From positions 64,001 to 128,000 of the IMG/VR virus record IMGVR_UViG_3300023184_000033: 64,000 nt of DNA; one strand, given 5' to 3'. The translations under genes were made by a program, and so were the position numbers. Numbering within the stretch: the first letter of the stretch is position 1; the number at the start of each line of letters is the position of its first letter. Under the pieces are notes generated by a model that was not told the DNA's origin, made no database searches, and saw only the letters and a list, made by a program, of their open reading frames with translations. The stretch comes from a virus. Of this stretch, positions 1 through 9,389 are shown piece by piece.

Positions 1-207
1 ATTAATTGAGTTCAACAGTTGTGGTTTATTAATTTTACGGAAAGGTTTTCCAAAAAGACCAAAACATAAGGCATCCAGAATTGTGGATTTGCCTGCACCA
101 TTATGTCCAATCACAAGAGTGTTTGGAGATTTGGTTAAACTAATTTCGGTAAAGGCGGCACCTGTACTTAAAAAATTACGCCATCTAACTTTTTCAAATA
201 AAATCAT
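1..207 (-). CDS. gp46: Recombination endonuclease subunit gp46 (Rad50/SbcC-like ATPase), N-terminal part; truncated at window edge
   Basis: Manual translation from ATG at 207 gives MILFEKVRWRNFLSTG...IGHNGAGKSTILDALCFGLFGKPFRKINKPQL, with a Walker A motif. ATGA overlap with the gp47 stop. Confidence 0.93.
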   Translation of the reverse strand, partial: MILFEKVRWRNFLSTGAAFTEISLTKSPNTLVIGHNGAGKSTILDALCFGLFGKPFRKINKPQLLNSIN

Positions 208-1292
208 GCTTGATTAGTGTTCAATGCTTCAACATAAAGTTCACGTAATATTGTTTTCAACTTGGCGTTGTCAATATTTTCTTCTTGAATAGAATCCACA
301 TACTTGTTCAAAATAGTCAATGTGTCTTCCGCTTGGTCAATCATATCATCTTCTAGACCTTCTGTCAAGTCCATAAAGTCTTCGGCAATGGTAATATCGA
401 TTGGATTAATTCCATAAAGTTTGTTCATAAACTGGTCAAACAGATATGGATTAGTCTTGTTTATAACCACCACTTTAACATATGTGTTGGTATATAATGA
501 AAAGTCTTTGTGTAGAATATTGTTTATTGAATCAGATTTATCATCATAGGTGATTCTATGAAACATGATATTAGGATTCTGTACAAATACCAAGTTGCGG
601 GAATCCAAGTCAAAGATATGAAAACCCCGACCATCAGAATAATCCTGCCAGGTAAGTTCGTATGGATTACCAAGGTAATAAATATTATCCCTATCAGACT
701 TATGATGATAGTGGCCGCTAAAAGTATACTCAAAACGTTTAAAAATATCACGACTCAATCCTTCCAAAGATGGCATTCCACGGTGCATTGCAAAACCGGC
801 AATTTCAAAGTGACCCATGCAAAGTGTAGCTGATGTGTTTTTAATTTCAGCCATGCATTGTTCATAATTCTCAGGACAAATCCAAGGAACCATACAAACA
901 TCGTATTCGGCATTCGCATACTGCAAATGAATTGTCTGAGGCGTATCAATCACATTGATATTGTCATACTCACGTAGTAACAAATCAACAGAGTTTACAT
1001 CATTGGTATTTTTAAAGTAGGTGTCGTGATTACCGGCCAACATGTGTACTTTGATACCCAAGTTTTGAAGTCTATCAAAGAACATTTCTTTGGTTCGTTT
1101 GAGTGAAAAGAAGTTAACGTATTTTCTTCGGTCAAATGTATCACCAAGAATTAAAACGGTATCAATTTTTTCCTCATCGATTTTTGGAAAGAATGTTTCT
1201 TTGTAAAACTTTTCATAATAGTCCAGAAAGTGAACAGAATCATTACGAGCACCAAAGTGTTGGTCAGTTATTATCGCTACTTTCATTACCAT
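204..1292 (-). CDS. gp47: Recombination endonuclease subunit gp47 (Mre11/SbcD-like metallophosphoesterase)
   Basis: DxH, GD, GNHD and GHYH phosphoesterase motifs; adjacent to gp46. True start is probably 1286. Confidence 0.95.
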   Translation of the reverse strand: MVMKVAIITDQHFGARNDSVHFLDYYEKFYKETFFPKIDEEKIDTVLILGDTFDRRKYVNFFSLKRTKEMFFDRLQNLGIKVHMLAGNHDTYFKNTNDVNSVDLLLREYDNINVIDTPQTIHLQYANAEYDVCMVPWICPENYEQCMAEIKNTSATLCMGHFEIAGFAMHRGMPSLEGLSRDIFKRFEYTFSGHYHHKSDRDNIYYLGNPYELTWQDYSDGRGFHIFDLDSRNLVFVQNPNIMFHRITYDDKSDSINNILHKDFSLYTNTYVKVVVINKTNPYLFDQFMNKLYGINPIDITIAEDFMDLTEGLEDDMIDQAEDTLTILNKYVDSIQEENIDNAKLKTILRELYVEALNTNQA

Positions 1293-1705
1293 TTATTTTT
1301 CAGTGTTTCTTTCTCATAAACCATCCTGCGTAGATTGGTTGTGGAAAAACTATGTTTACGACTATTGAAATGGAGTTCAATTGGCAAGTCACAACCAGTG
1401 AATTGCGTATCTTTGTACTCCTCTCCAATGATTCTAACACTAATTGGATAAGAAAGCAATAGGTCCATCAACTCTTTTTCCGTTTCATATGGTATAATTT
1501 CATCAACATACTTACAGGCATCAAGTTGGATGTATCGTTCAAAGAGTGTTTGTACCGGTTTGTTTTTAGTTTCCGGTCTATCAATGGTTGGATCAGACTG
1601 TAATCCAACAATCAAATAATCACATTGAGTCTTTGCCTCTTTCAACATCATTACATGACCTGCGTGGAACAAATCAAAAGTGGAACAAGTAAAACCAATT
1701 TTCAT
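1286..1705 (-). CDS. Cytidylyltransferase-family nucleotidyltransferase (TagD/RfaE-II like)
   Basis: FDLFHAGH (HxGH) motif, IVGLQSD, and C-terminal R..SFSTT. Confidence 0.85.
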   Translation of the reverse strand: MKIGFTCSTFDLFHAGHVMMLKEAKTQCDYLIVGLQSDPTIDRPETKNKPVQTLFERYIQLDACKYVDEIIPYETEKELMDLLLSYPISVRIIGEEYKDTQFTGCDLPIELHFNSRKHSFSTTNLRRMVYEKETLKNKW

Positions 1706-2271
1706 AGTGGTTTCTCCTCTGTTACCTCATCATCATCAAAAAACTTTTCCAAAGCTTTCAACTTCATTTTAGTTGCCGCTTCTTTCTTCAACTCTCTGGC
1801 ATCTTCATAGTTGCCAATAAATTCAGAAATGTTGTCGTATAATTCAAATTGTTTTGAATGTCCATCTTCACCTTCCATCATTTCAAATTCATCTAAAATA
1901 CCAAACATTTCGGTAGCTTTGTATTTTACATAAAGCTGTTTTTTCTCTTTTTGAATCCTACGTAAAAAAGCAAAGTAAATCACTTGTGTGAAATATGCGA
2001 ATGGATTTTTGGACTTCTCAGGATCAAAGTTGTTGAAGTACTGTAGGCAGTTTTCGATACCATCTGACATCATCTCATCTCGGTATGAGTAATTGATAAA
2101 GTTTGGTTTATGTGACAGGCCCTCAGCAATTTTCATGAAACATTCCCCAATGTAATTGGGTATTGCAGGTTCAGGTGTGTTGTTCTTTTTTGCCTCTAGA
2201 CTTTTGGTCTTGTATTCAACCAAAGCCTCAAGGAAATCGGCGTTATTAATATAGTGTTTAATTTTACTCAT
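1702..2271 (-). CDS. gp55: Late transcription sigma factor gp55
   Basis: HYINNADFL, YIGECFMKIAEGLSHKPNFINY and NPFAYFTQ..YFAFLRRI, typical of T4-like gp55. Confidence 0.95.
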   Translation of the reverse strand: MSKIKHYINNADFLEALVEYKTKSLEAKKNNTPEPAIPNYIGECFMKIAEGLSHKPNFINYSYRDEMMSDGIENCLQYFNNFDPEKSKNPFAYFTQVIYFAFLRRIQKEKKQLYVKYKATEMFGILDEFEMMEGEDGHSKQFELYDNISEFIGNYEDARELKKEAATKMKLKALEKFFDDDEVTEEKPL

Positions 2272-2305
2272 AGTTCTTTCATTTCAAATGTACCATCAAA
2301 AGCTG

Positions 2306-2334
2306 TTGACAAAGGGCTTGACAACCTGTATATT
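2306..2334 (+). promoter_or_regulatory. Sigma70-type promoter, antisense to the operon
   Basis: TTGACA(2306-2311)-17 nt-TATATT(2329-2334) in an intergenic gap; second TTGACA at 2318-2323. Confidence 0.5.
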
Positions 2335-2364
2335 TCTCTATGTCCCCCCTTTAAGTTTGCTGAT

Positions 2365-2736
2365 TCAATGCATAACCACATTATTAGCTGTTTCCAGTTC
2401 TATCAATGCTGCTAACATATCTTTCATACTTTCCTCATCACGGGGTTCATCTTTTTCTCGGCTTAACGCACGTTTCAACTTACGGATCGTTTCCACATAA
2501 TATTCTGCAAAGTCTGAGTTTGGACACATCTCGCAAAGTATTTCTTTGGATTCAATAGTTACTGTATCACCTTCCATTACAGACAAAGGTAACCATTGTT
2601 CCAACACCAAATGAGAATTGCGAACTTCAAACATCATTGGATTATCCAATTCAACCAAGTCTTTTGTTAATAATGTTCTTGTTGTGATAACATCCACACC
2701 ATCTCTGAACCTAACAATTTTTACTAAGTCAAGCAT
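2365..2736 (-). CDS. Hypothetical protein at the conserved position downstream of uvsW in T4-like phages
   Basis: 123-aa ORF coupled to uvsW; synteny only. Confidence 0.75.
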   Translation of the reverse strand: MLDLVKIVRFRDGVDVITTRTLLTKDLVELDNPMMFEVRNSHLVLEQWLPLSVMEGDTVTIESKEILCEMCPNSDFAEYYVETIRKLKRALSREKDEPRDEESMKDMLAALIELETANNVVMH

Positions 2737-4255
2737 TTTTAATTCCTATTTTATAAATCTTAAAAGAGAACTTCTCTTCATTATATATTTTAACTCTTTC
2801 CACGAAATGTTTTAAAGTGAAATTCATATGTTTCTTATATCTCAAGTCATCAGCTATGTCATAAAGAGTTGCTTTAATTTTGCCTTCAGCTTGTCGTAAT
2901 CCTCTTCCAATCGATTGCAAATTTCGCACTCTTGATTTAGATGGTGACGCAAATATAATGTTATGCAAATTCCTAATGTTAATTCCAGTAGAAAAAGTCC
3001 CAAAAGAAGCCACAACAATAGCATCATTTTCTTTCTCCATTATTCGTCTAATTTCCTCACGTGCATCAGTATCTGTATTACCAGAAACAAAAAAGACTTT
3101 GCGGTCAACAGCTTTGTCCTTAATCATATTATACAGTATTTTACCATGTTTTTCAACCATTTGATACAAAACTAATGTATTCGTACCTAATGATATAGTA
3201 AGGTTTCTTATAAACTTATTGCGTTGTTCATTAGAAATTAAAAACTCTATTTCTTCTTGGTATGTTTTATCTTTTATTTGTTGGCAGATATCATCATTAT
3301 ATTTAAGAACCAAACATTTAATTTCAAAATCAGAAACTTGTTTATTGTCGATTAACTCTCTGGTCGTGGTTACTTGTTTAACCTTACCAAATAATCCCTC
3401 TAACACCAGTTTATGTGTCTTAGTACCATCTAATGTACCAGTTAGACCAATACGATACTTGGCATTCGTGCAAGATGTTAGAATAGACGTAAGTGATTGT
3501 GCCTTGAATAGGTGTGCCTCATCACCAATCACATAGTCAAATTGTTCAAAGTATTCTTTTGGCATGTTATATAGAGACTGCCACGTAGAAATAGTAATTG
3601 CTTTATCTGTGGTCTTCTCTTTGCCTTGATATATTCGGTGTACATGCATATAGTTTTTAAAAGTAGATTCACTGGCATAGTCACCAAAATCGCCATATAA
3701 TTGTTCAACCAAAGATGTTGTTGGAACAATAATCAAACCTTTGAGGCCTTGATAGTCAAGTAATTGCCTACAAATTAAATATATGATTAGTGACTTACCA
3801 GATGCAGTTGGAGATAATAACAAAGCTCTACGTCTTTGCATTGCATGAATAAATGCATCTAGTTGATAGTCTCTAACATCAACTGGTTGGCCCCGTGAAT
3901 GTAGATTTAAATCTTCTGCAAACTTCTTGGCCAAATAAATTGAGAAGTCATCTTCTACATCTGCTCTAGTATCATCATATTCAAATGTGTACTCACGTTC
4001 ACGGAAGAAGTCTTCCACGTAAGGAAGAAGGCCAAGATATATCTGACTAGTCTGTAGATTGAATAGTCTTATCCGGCCGTCCCAAATCTTGTTACGGAAC
4101 GCTGGAACAAATTGGTGTCCAGGTACAAAGAAGGTAAAGTATTCTGAAAGTTCTTTTGCAATATGCCGTTCACACGTAATTTTTGCAAAGACTTCATTTA
4201 CTTTGGATATAATGTTATTGTCCGCCAACGAATTTTTCCCATGATATAAAGTCAC
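2729..4255 (-). CDS. uvsW: UvsW SF2 DNA helicase
   Basis: SPTASGKS, DEAH, GLTGT and QSIGRGLR motifs; N-terminal WDGRIRLF. Start codon uncertain (overlaps uvsY). Confidence 0.96.
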   Translation of the reverse strand: MTLYHGKNSLADNNIISKVNEVFAKITCERHIAKELSEYFTFFVPGHQFVPAFRNKIWDGRIRLFNLQTSQIYLGLLPYVEDFFREREYTFEYDDTRADVEDDFSIYLAKKFAEDLNLHSRGQPVDVRDYQLDAFIHAMQRRRALLLSPTASGKSLIIYLICRQLLDYQGLKGLIIVPTTSLVEQLYGDFGDYASESTFKNYMHVHRIYQGKEKTTDKAITISTWQSLYNMPKEYFEQFDYVIGDEAHLFKAQSLTSILTSCTNAKYRIGLTGTLDGTKTHKLVLEGLFGKVKQVTTTRELIDNKQVSDFEIKCLVLKYNDDICQQIKDKTYQEEIEFLISNEQRNKFIRNLTISLGTNTLVLYQMVEKHGKILYNMIKDKAVDRKVFFVSGNTDTDAREEIRRIMEKENDAIVVASFGTFSTGINIRNLHNIIFASPSKSRVRNLQSIGRGLRQAEGKIKATLYDIADDLRYKKHMNFTLKHFVERVKIYNEEKFSFKIYKIGIKNA

Positions 4256-4649
4256 GTAGTTGCCATGTTCTTTGTTTCAATTCACTCATGATTGATTCAA
4301 TAACAGACACCACTTCCTCATGATACACTTTCTTTTCCAATAACTTAATCAAGTCATTGTCTGCTTCCAAATATGTAGTAATGTCGGCTTTGAGTGTAAA
4401 TTGAAAGGGTTGCCAACCATAGTCTTGCAGGTCTTCTTGAGACATTTTACCCGTAAAGTATTCCCATTTGACCTTACGCATACGTAGATAGTCAAAGTGT
4501 GCCTTCTTGGAAGCAATCTTGTGTTTGGTTAAGATTGAAAGATACTTATTGTGTAGAGTCGGAATCTTCAACAATTCTTTGCCAGGTTCTGTCTGGTCTA
4601 TCTCAGTATCTTGTTGCCAATATTTAAGTACTTGTTCTAAATTTTCCAT
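4215..4649 (-). CDS. uvsY: UvsY recombination mediator
   Basis: IPTLHNKY, WEYFTGK and YLEAD; synteny with uvsW. Confidence 0.9.
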   Translation of the reverse strand: MENLEQVLKYWQQDTEIDQTEPGKELLKIPTLHNKYLSILTKHKIASKKAHFDYLRMRKVKWEYFTGKMSQEDLQDYGWQPFQFTLKADITTYLEADNDLIKLLEKKVYHEEVVSVIESIMSELKQRTWQLRDFISWEKFVGGQ

Positions 4650-4673
4650 AATAAAGTGGTTGGTAAAAATACC

Positions 4674-4702
4674 ATCATATCATATAATATAATAAATGTC
4701 AA
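4674..4702 (-). promoter_or_regulatory. Sigma70-type (early/middle) promoter for uvsY-uvsW-gp55-gp47-gp46
   Basis: TTGACA(4702-4697)-17 nt-TATGAT(4679-4674), with extended -10 TGn. Confidence 0.7.
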
Positions 4703-5214
4703 GCGTTTAGTGGTAATATATCAAAGTGTGTGTATTTAAAAGTAACTGAGGCCGTTAGAATATCATCAGCAGAAGTTTTGGTGTCAAACTGTACATCAGA
4801 TAAAGAAACTGGATACATGTCTGCAAATTGAATACGAAATAATGGATTGTTTAAAGATGATAATACAGTTAATATTCCATCAGATACTAATTTGCCACCA
4901 TATTGTTCCACCAAATCTTTTTTAATATTTTGGTCATGATATGCCATAGTGCGGAACCAATCATACATTTGTTTCCAACTTTCCATTGCTTCATCAATGG
5001 TGAAAGTAATCTGCAAATCTTCATAATTAATCTTATTACTTGGATAACTTGTTTCCAAAGTTGGTGTAGAACGTGTAATAGGATCGACAGATACACCAGG
5101 AAGATTAACACTTTGACAAAAGTATTGTGTTGCAGGTGAACGATTAAACACCAACAAGAACTTGGTTGGTTGTAGATAATTGGTATTCTGTGGTGCTCTT
5201 GTAATGGCCGTCAT
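4699..5214 (-). CDS. gp3: Tail completion / tube terminator protein gp3
   Basis: NYLQPTKF, YFCQSVNLPG and YPVSLSDVQF (tube fold); position between gp23 and uvsY. Confidence 0.8.
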   Translation of the reverse strand: MTAITRAPQNTNYLQPTKFLLVFNRSPATQYFCQSVNLPGVSVDPITRSTPTLETSYPSNKINYEDLQITFTIDEAMESWKQMYDWFRTMAYHDQNIKKDLVEQYGGKLVSDGILTVLSSLNNPLFRIQFADMYPVSLSDVQFDTKTSADDILTASVTFKYTHFDILPLNA

Positions 5215-5231
5215 TTAATTCTCCTCTGTAG

Positions 5232-5239
5232 TATTTAGG
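5232..5239 (-). promoter_or_regulatory. T4-type late promoter variant (CCTAAATA) for gp3
   Basis: Match to NNTAAATA upstream of the GAGGAG RBS. Confidence 0.5.
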
Positions 5240-5243
5240 AGCC

Positions 5244-5272
5244 AAAAAAAAGACCACCCGAAGGTGGTCTTT
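5244..5272 (-). terminator. Rho-independent terminator after gp23
   Basis: AGACCACC-TTCG-GGTGGTCT stem with cUUCGg tetraloop followed by a T-run on the minus strand. Confidence 0.9.
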
Positions 5273-5314
5273 GAAGTGTCACTCTTAATGGTGACTTCCC
5301 ATCCCGAGGGATGA

Positions 5315-6652
5315 TTACATCAAGTTCTTTACACCGAAAATGCGATAGTAAACGTTTGAACGTGGTGTCAACTGACCATTTGAAGGTGTAATACCTTGTG
5401 AGAATGGGTTTGCAACCATGCCGTAACGAGTCTTGAATCCAATTTTTGGTTGGAATGTGAACTGGTCAACTGCACGAACCATTTGTAGAGGAACGTATGG
5501 GCAGTAGAACAAACCAGCGTCATAAGGAGAAGAACCCTTATAACCAACTGTTACCAATTCTTGGTTAGATGCATATCCACCAAAATATGGGTCAATGTAA
5601 ACTTTGATACGACCGTGTAACAAACCAGCAAATGTATTGCCTGTGTCATCAACTTGTAGGTCAGCAGATAGTGCAGGTGTGTAAGAAAGAACACCAGCCA
5701 TTGCCATAGCAGAAGCAACGTCTGAAGAAACAATCAATACGTTACCTTTACCACGACGAGTTTGTTTTGCAATAACGTTAGCATCACGTTCGATTTGGAA
5801 AATCAAACCTTTGAAACGCTCTACAGACCAACGACCGTTAGAGTCAGTATCTAAGTCGAAGTAACCAGCAGTTGTTGTACCATACTGAGCACCTGTTACA
5901 GCAGTTGCGTAGATTGTACGGATAACTTCACGGTTGATTTCAGAAAGAATCTCAGTAGACAGAATGTTAGACAATTCTGTTTCTGCGTCAAGACCGTGAA
6001 CAGCTTTCAAGTCTTGTGCAAGTTCTAGTGAGTATTCAGCCTTCAAAGCACGTGATTGAGCAGTTACGGTAACTTTCTCAATGCTGAATGCCATTTGTTG
6101 GAATACGTTAGCACCTGTACCGTAGTCAGCAGCGCCTAAGAATTCAGCGTTAACTGTTGGAACACCAATACCAGTTGTGTACTGATTGTTAGCCAAGTTG
6201 CTAACTGGGTTAGTACCTGTATCAGTAGTTGTTGTACCTTGGAAACCGTATGGGTTTGCAGCAGAGTTACCACCAGAGAATACTGTGTTGGCTTCATTGA
6301 AGAAGGCCTCAGCACCATTGTTGGTAGCGTAACGAGCACGCATTGCAAAAATCAAACCTGTTGGTCCTGTCATTGGCTGAACGCCAGCAACATCATAAGC
6401 AATCAAGTTTGGTAGTGAACGGCGAACTAACGAAATCAAGATAGGGTCAAAGTTAGACACACCACCTGTTACGTTTGTAGGACCAGTTGCTGAAACTTCG
6501 TTCAACTGGCGTGAGCTTTCAGCCATTTCACGTTGTTGGTTTTCCAAAACAAGGGCAGTAACTGCACGCTTGTATGGGTCTTTAATAGACTCTAGTTCTG
6601 GATGGTCCAAAACTGGTGCCCATTTTTTTTGTAATTCTTCTGTTAGATACAT
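5315..6652 (-). CDS. gp23: Major capsid protein gp23
   Basis: GVQPMTGPTGLIFAMR, SRALKAEYSLELAQDLKAVHGLDAE and FQPKIGFKTRYG. Confidence 0.98.
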   Translation of the reverse strand: MYLTEELQKKWAPVLDHPELESIKDPYKRAVTALVLENQQREMAESSRQLNEVSATGPTNVTGGVSNFDPILISLVRRSLPNLIAYDVAGVQPMTGPTGLIFAMRARYATNNGAEAFFNEANTVFSGGNSAANPYGFQGTTTTDTGTNPVSNLANNQYTTGIGVPTVNAEFLGAADYGTGANVFQQMAFSIEKVTVTAQSRALKAEYSLELAQDLKAVHGLDAETELSNILSTEILSEINREVIRTIYATAVTGAQYGTTTAGYFDLDTDSNGRWSVERFKGLIFQIERDANVIAKQTRRGKGNVLIVSSDVASAMAMAGVLSYTPALSADLQVDDTGNTFAGLLHGRIKVYIDPYFGGYASNQELVTVGYKGSSPYDAGLFYCPYVPLQMVRAVDQFTFQPKIGFKTRYGMVANPFSQGITPSNGQLTPRSNVYYRIFGVKNLM

Positions 6653-6689
6653 TATGGTTTCTCCTTATGAGTATCTTTGATGGTAAGTT

Positions 6690-6697
6690 TATTTATA
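6690..6697 (-). promoter_or_regulatory. T4 late promoter TATAAATA (gp23)
   Basis: Exact consensus upstream of gp23. Confidence 0.8.
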
Positions 6698-6703
6698 AAA
6701 ATT

Positions 6704-7954
6704 TTATTTTACCAATGTCTGAGAAATTGTCTTTGCGTAAGATTCAATTAAAGAATCAGAAGAACCTTTTGATTTCTTCACTTCTTCTTCAATATGAACT
6801 TCGTCATCCAATGCAGAATTATTAGCAAATTTTACTGAACTCTGGAAATATGAATCCTTGAGTGTTTCTAATTTGTTAGAAAATTCGGTCTCAGTAGTGT
6901 ATTCAATACTCTCTGCGAGTGATTTCATTTTTTCTACTTGAGTTTGAGTTAGGCCTTCACAAACTGTATGTACGGCCTCAATTTTTTTGTGTTCGTTAAG
7001 TTCTTTCTTCAATTCAATTGAAGTTCTAACTTGTGCGTTGTATTGTTCTTCAAGTTCATCTACCTTAGCAGATAATTCTTCAACAACATCAACTTTTTCT
7101 TCTGGAATGTCGATATAGTGTTCAGCAAATAACTTGTGTAGACCACCAATGAATTCTTCCACCACTTCAGCACGTAGGCCTTTGTCGATAGCGATTTGGT
7201 TTTCTTTTACCCATTCTTCAGTCATGTAAGTTAGGTAGTCATCAACTTTAGATGCCAAGTCTTCTTTGATTTCATCAACGGCAACTTGAAACTGTTCGAC
7301 CAATTCGTTTTCCATTTCTTCAACAATTTCTTCTACACGTGTAGTAACGGCAGCTTCAAAAATTGTTGTTGCTTTAGTAGCAAATTCTTCTGAAAGATTT
7401 TCACCTGAAAGAAGAGCATCGATATCTTCTTTCATTCTCATTTTCATTTTTGCATGTCTTGCTTCTTTACGTTCGTGAGCAGCAGACTCTTTGTCTTCTT
7501 TATCTTCTTCTTCGATAACATTTTCGTCATCAACTTCAGATTCTTCACCATAAGACTGGAATGTTGCACCAGGATTCTTAGCTAATTTTTGTTGTGGTGT
7601 TGCACTACCTTTGCGGTCAACATAAGCAGGATCGTTTTGAACGAACGCTTCTTTGTCGCCACCTAAGTCTGAACGACCTTGTGATTGACCAGGTTGTGGA
7701 GCCAATTTTTTCATTGGTTCTGAACCTACTGGTGGAGTTGCTCCAGGTGGTGTTGCCGTTGGCACACCTTTAGTTGCTTGTACGCCTTGGTTGCTAGTGA
7801 TACCACCAACTTCTTTAGTGCCATAAGCAACTTCGCCAGAAAGCTTACCGCCTTTGTCGCCTGAACCACGCTTAGAAGCAACGCTGGCTTCCAAGTTTTC
7901 TTTTGCGCCTTCTAAAATGTTTTTAGCGGCTTCTGACAAATTGAATTTTGACAT
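6704..7954 (-). CDS. gp22: Prohead core scaffolding protein gp22
   Basis: Acidic coiled coil; LSEEF..KATTIFEAAV, VDDYLTYM.EEW and LFAEHYIDIPEEK; synteny. Confidence 0.9.
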   Translation of the reverse strand: MSKFNLSEAAKNILEGAKENLEASVASKRGSGDKGGKLSGEVAYGTKEVGGITSNQGVQATKGVPTATPPGATPPVGSEPMKKLAPQPGQSQGRSDLGGDKEAFVQNDPAYVDRKGSATPQQKLAKNPGATFQSYGEESEVDDENVIEEEDKEDKESAAHERKEARHAKMKMRMKEDIDALLSGENLSEEFATKATTIFEAAVTTRVEEIVEEMENELVEQFQVAVDEIKEDLASKVDDYLTYMTEEWVKENQIAIDKGLRAEVVEEFIGGLHKLFAEHYIDIPEEKVDVVEELSAKVDELEEQYNAQVRTSIELKKELNEHKKIEAVHTVCEGLTQTQVEKMKSLAESIEYTTETEFSNKLETLKDSYFQSSVKFANNSALDDEVHIEEEVKKSKGSSDSLIESYAKTISQTLVK

Positions 7955-7982
7955 TTTTAAAATCTCCTTGATTTAGTATGGA

Positions 7983-7990
7983 TATTTATA
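7983..7990 (-). promoter_or_regulatory. T4 late promoter TATAAATA (gp22)
   Basis: Exact consensus in the intergenic gap. Confidence 0.8.
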
Positions 7991-7991
7991 A

Positions 7992-8636
7992 TTAAAGTTT
8001 TTTAAGGAATGTTTCGAATATGCGTAGACTTACTTCTTCAATCTCTCGACCACTTGCTTTTTTAATCGCACGTATTGCTTGAGTTTGTTCAACTTCCGTC
8101 CAACGACCATCCACCATCATCCATTGTTTGCCTTCCATAATACCTTGAACAAAGGCACCAGGTGCAGACGGGTCTGCTACAATATCTGCCGCTGTGGCTA
8201 GATGAAAGTCATCTTGAACAATGTTAACACCATTGATGCATTTTATAGAACCTAAACCTCTAGATGAAACTCCTAATTGAGCTCCTCCTTCGATAAGGTT
8301 TCTTGCAATGTTACCCATTGGAGTTTCAAGAATCTTTGCTTTGCCAATCCAAACAGAACCTTCTTTGCGTAATGCCACGTTTAAGTGAGATACACGGTCA
8401 AGATTGATGGAAGGTGTTTCAGGATGTCCCAATTCACCAAAAGCACGGTTTTTATTAATATATTCTTCTGTGTATCGTTCAACCTCTTTATGCATGATAT
8501 CTTCTTTATACATGCGGTTGTTACGATTTACCTTTTCTGCTACGAGGAAAGGTCCTTCGATGTACAAGAATTTCTTGCCATCTTTTTCTTCAGTTATATA
8601 ATTAACGGTTTCATTAATTTCTTTAATAAGTTTCAT
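7992..8636 (-). CDS. gp21: Prohead protease gp21
   Basis: LYIEGPF, NRNNRMY, GELGHP, GVSSRGLGS and DIVADPSAP. Start trimmed to MKLIKE at 8636. Confidence 0.95.
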   Translation of the reverse strand: MKLIKEINETVNYITEEKDGKKFLYIEGPFLVAEKVNRNNRMYKEDIMHKEVERYTEEYINKNRAFGELGHPETPSINLDRVSHLNVALRKEGSVWIGKAKILETPMGNIARNLIEGGAQLGVSSRGLGSIKCINGVNIVQDDFHLATAADIVADPSAPGAFVQGIMEGKQWMMVDGRWTEVEQTQAIRAIKKASGREIEEVSLRIFETFLKKL

Positions 8637-8637
8637 A

Positions 8638-9165
8638 TTAATGTGGTTCCAAATTATATGGTTTGTAATTAAACGCAGCAGGATCATTAAGTTGGCCACG
8701 TTGATAATGAGAATTGTCTTTACGTAATTCCATAACAATAGTGTATGAATCATTTGCTGACATACCACGTGTTACTATACCAATATCACCTATGCAACCA
8801 GCAGTTCCTGCAGCATTATTTGGAATTGTAATCCAATTGCCATGGCCATTATATTCTCCATTGGCGTTCATGATAAACATTGGTATTTTACTACTCGCAT
8901 TCCAAAATAATTGAACATCTCCATTAGAAGAACAATCATACCATAATCTTGAAGTGGCCAATCCATAGTAAGAAAGTGCGCCAGTATTTGCTGATGATGA
9001 TAACAAATTTCCTTTTGAACTATCTAGAGCACCAGATAGTGTATTTGCTTGTACACGAGCAACGTTTGATTCTTGGCCTGATGCACCATCGAAAGAACCA
9101 GTCAATTTAATAACAGCATGTTCTGTTGTATCTTTCAATACTTGATATGTGAATGAATTTGCCAT
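8638..9165 (-). CDS. Hypothetical, probable virion protein
   Basis: 175-aa ORF within the head operon. Confidence 0.7.
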   Translation of the reverse strand: MANSFTYQVLKDTTEHAVIKLTGSFDGASGQESNVARVQANTLSGALDSSKGNLLSSSANTGALSYYGLATSRLWYDCSSNGDVQLFWNASSKIPMFIMNANGEYNGHGNWITIPNNAAGTAGCIGDIGIVTRGMSANDSYTIVMELRKDNSHYQRGQLNDPAAFNYKPYNLEPH

Positions 9166-9176
9166 TTTTTATTCCG

Positions 9177-9389
9177 TTATTCTTGTGTTTGTTCTTCGGA
9201 TTCTTCGTCTTCAGATTCAAACGATTCTTCTGATTGTGTATCTTTAATCAAATTCTGTGCAATCGACTGTTTGTGTGCAGCCAAATGAGCAGAAACTTTA
9301 TCGTGAATTGCTCCATATAATGCATTTCGCATTTCACTTGCATTATCGTCATATGCGTAATCTACAACTGCTCTAGTATTATCTGTCAT
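9177..9389 (-). CDS. Small acidic prohead core protein (gp67/gp68-like)
   Basis: 70 aa with an acidic tail, directly after portal; synteny. Confidence 0.6.
   Translation of the reverse strand: MTDNTRAVVDYAYDDNASEMRNALYGAIHDKVSAHLAAHKQSIAQNLIKDTQSEESFESEDEESEEQTQE

Noticed and set aside
2288-2500. 70-aa plus-strand ORF near the antisense promoter
   Set aside because: It starts upstream of the promoter, overlaps a real gene in antisense, and has no RBS or motif.
8637-8768. N-terminal extension of gp21 in the ORF track (7992..8768)
   Set aside because: It overlaps the upstream gene by about 130 bp, and gp21 similarity begins at MKLIKE (8636).
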